Source: a virus (taxonomy: Duplodnaviria > Caudoviricetes). Taken from it: a DNA stretch of 26,390 nucleotides. The notes under the pieces were generated by a model. That model saw nothing but the letters and a program-made list of their open reading frames with translations, was not told the DNA's origin and did no database searches. The first letter of the stretch is position 1. Every line of letters starts with the position of its first letter. Both the position numbers and the translations under genes were made by a program. Below, piece after piece: positions 26,221 through 26,390 of this stretch. The stretch is taken from the IMG/VR virus record IMGVR_UViG_3300046779_000478, positions 1-26,390 of that record; one strand, given 5' to 3'.

Positions 26221-26390
26221 TAGTCTATCTGTATTCTCCAGTATCCTGGGGCATACTCGCCTTCAAATGACTTGAGCCACTGTTCTCCGTCCCATCGATA
26301 TTGTATCGATGTTGTAAGATTTTGAACATAATGTATTGACGAATCATTAACATCGGGATCAAAATCAACAGCCCAGAACTGTCCGGTCCA
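26220..26390 (-). CDS. C-terminus of a Trp-rich, probably structural protein (truncated by window edge; not in ORF track)
   Basis: Manual translation WTGQFWAVDFDPDVNDSSIHYVQNLTTSIQYRWDGEQWLKSFEGEYAPGYWRIQID*, TAA at 26222-26220, coupled to the next ATG. Confidence 0.65.
   Translation of the reverse strand, partial: WTGQFWAVDFDPDVNDSSIHYVQNLTTSIQYRWDGEQWLKSFEGEYAPGYWRIQID

Noticed and set aside
1-26390. tRNA, rRNA, CRISPR array, integrase/transposase, intron/intein, stop-codon recoding
   Set aside because: None recognised by eye; the window is almost fully tiled by intact standard-code ORFs with no regularly spaced nucleotide repeats.

Overview
The window looks like part of a large T4-like (myovirus-type) phage genome in the standard genetic code. 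Virion/tail genes lie at both ends. The left end has three tandem Gly-rich, His-rich fibre/adhesin paralogs plus a fibre-assembly-like gene; the right end has a 457-aa fibre protein and a 1931-aa structural protein. Between them is a ~15.5-kb island of two convergent operons encoding 4 flavin-dependent (tryptophan-halogenase-family) halogenases, 13 2OG-Fe(II)/cupin oxygenases (one JmjC/Cupin_4 type) and 3 small or accessory proteins. Both enzyme operons, two of the flanking structural genes and a 54-aa ORF missing from the track have a T4-type late promoter motif ((T)ATAAATA) 20-30 nt upstream of the start codon. My main hypothesis (inference) is a late-expressed oxidative tailoring system that hydroxylates/halogenates virion proteins, with the His-rich adhesins as candidate substrates. 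Separately, the 1931-aa protein has three repeats matching the bilin-attachment helix of phycocyanin alpha (K-C-x-R-D...Y...GG). Family assignments come from motif recognition only; no database searches were run.
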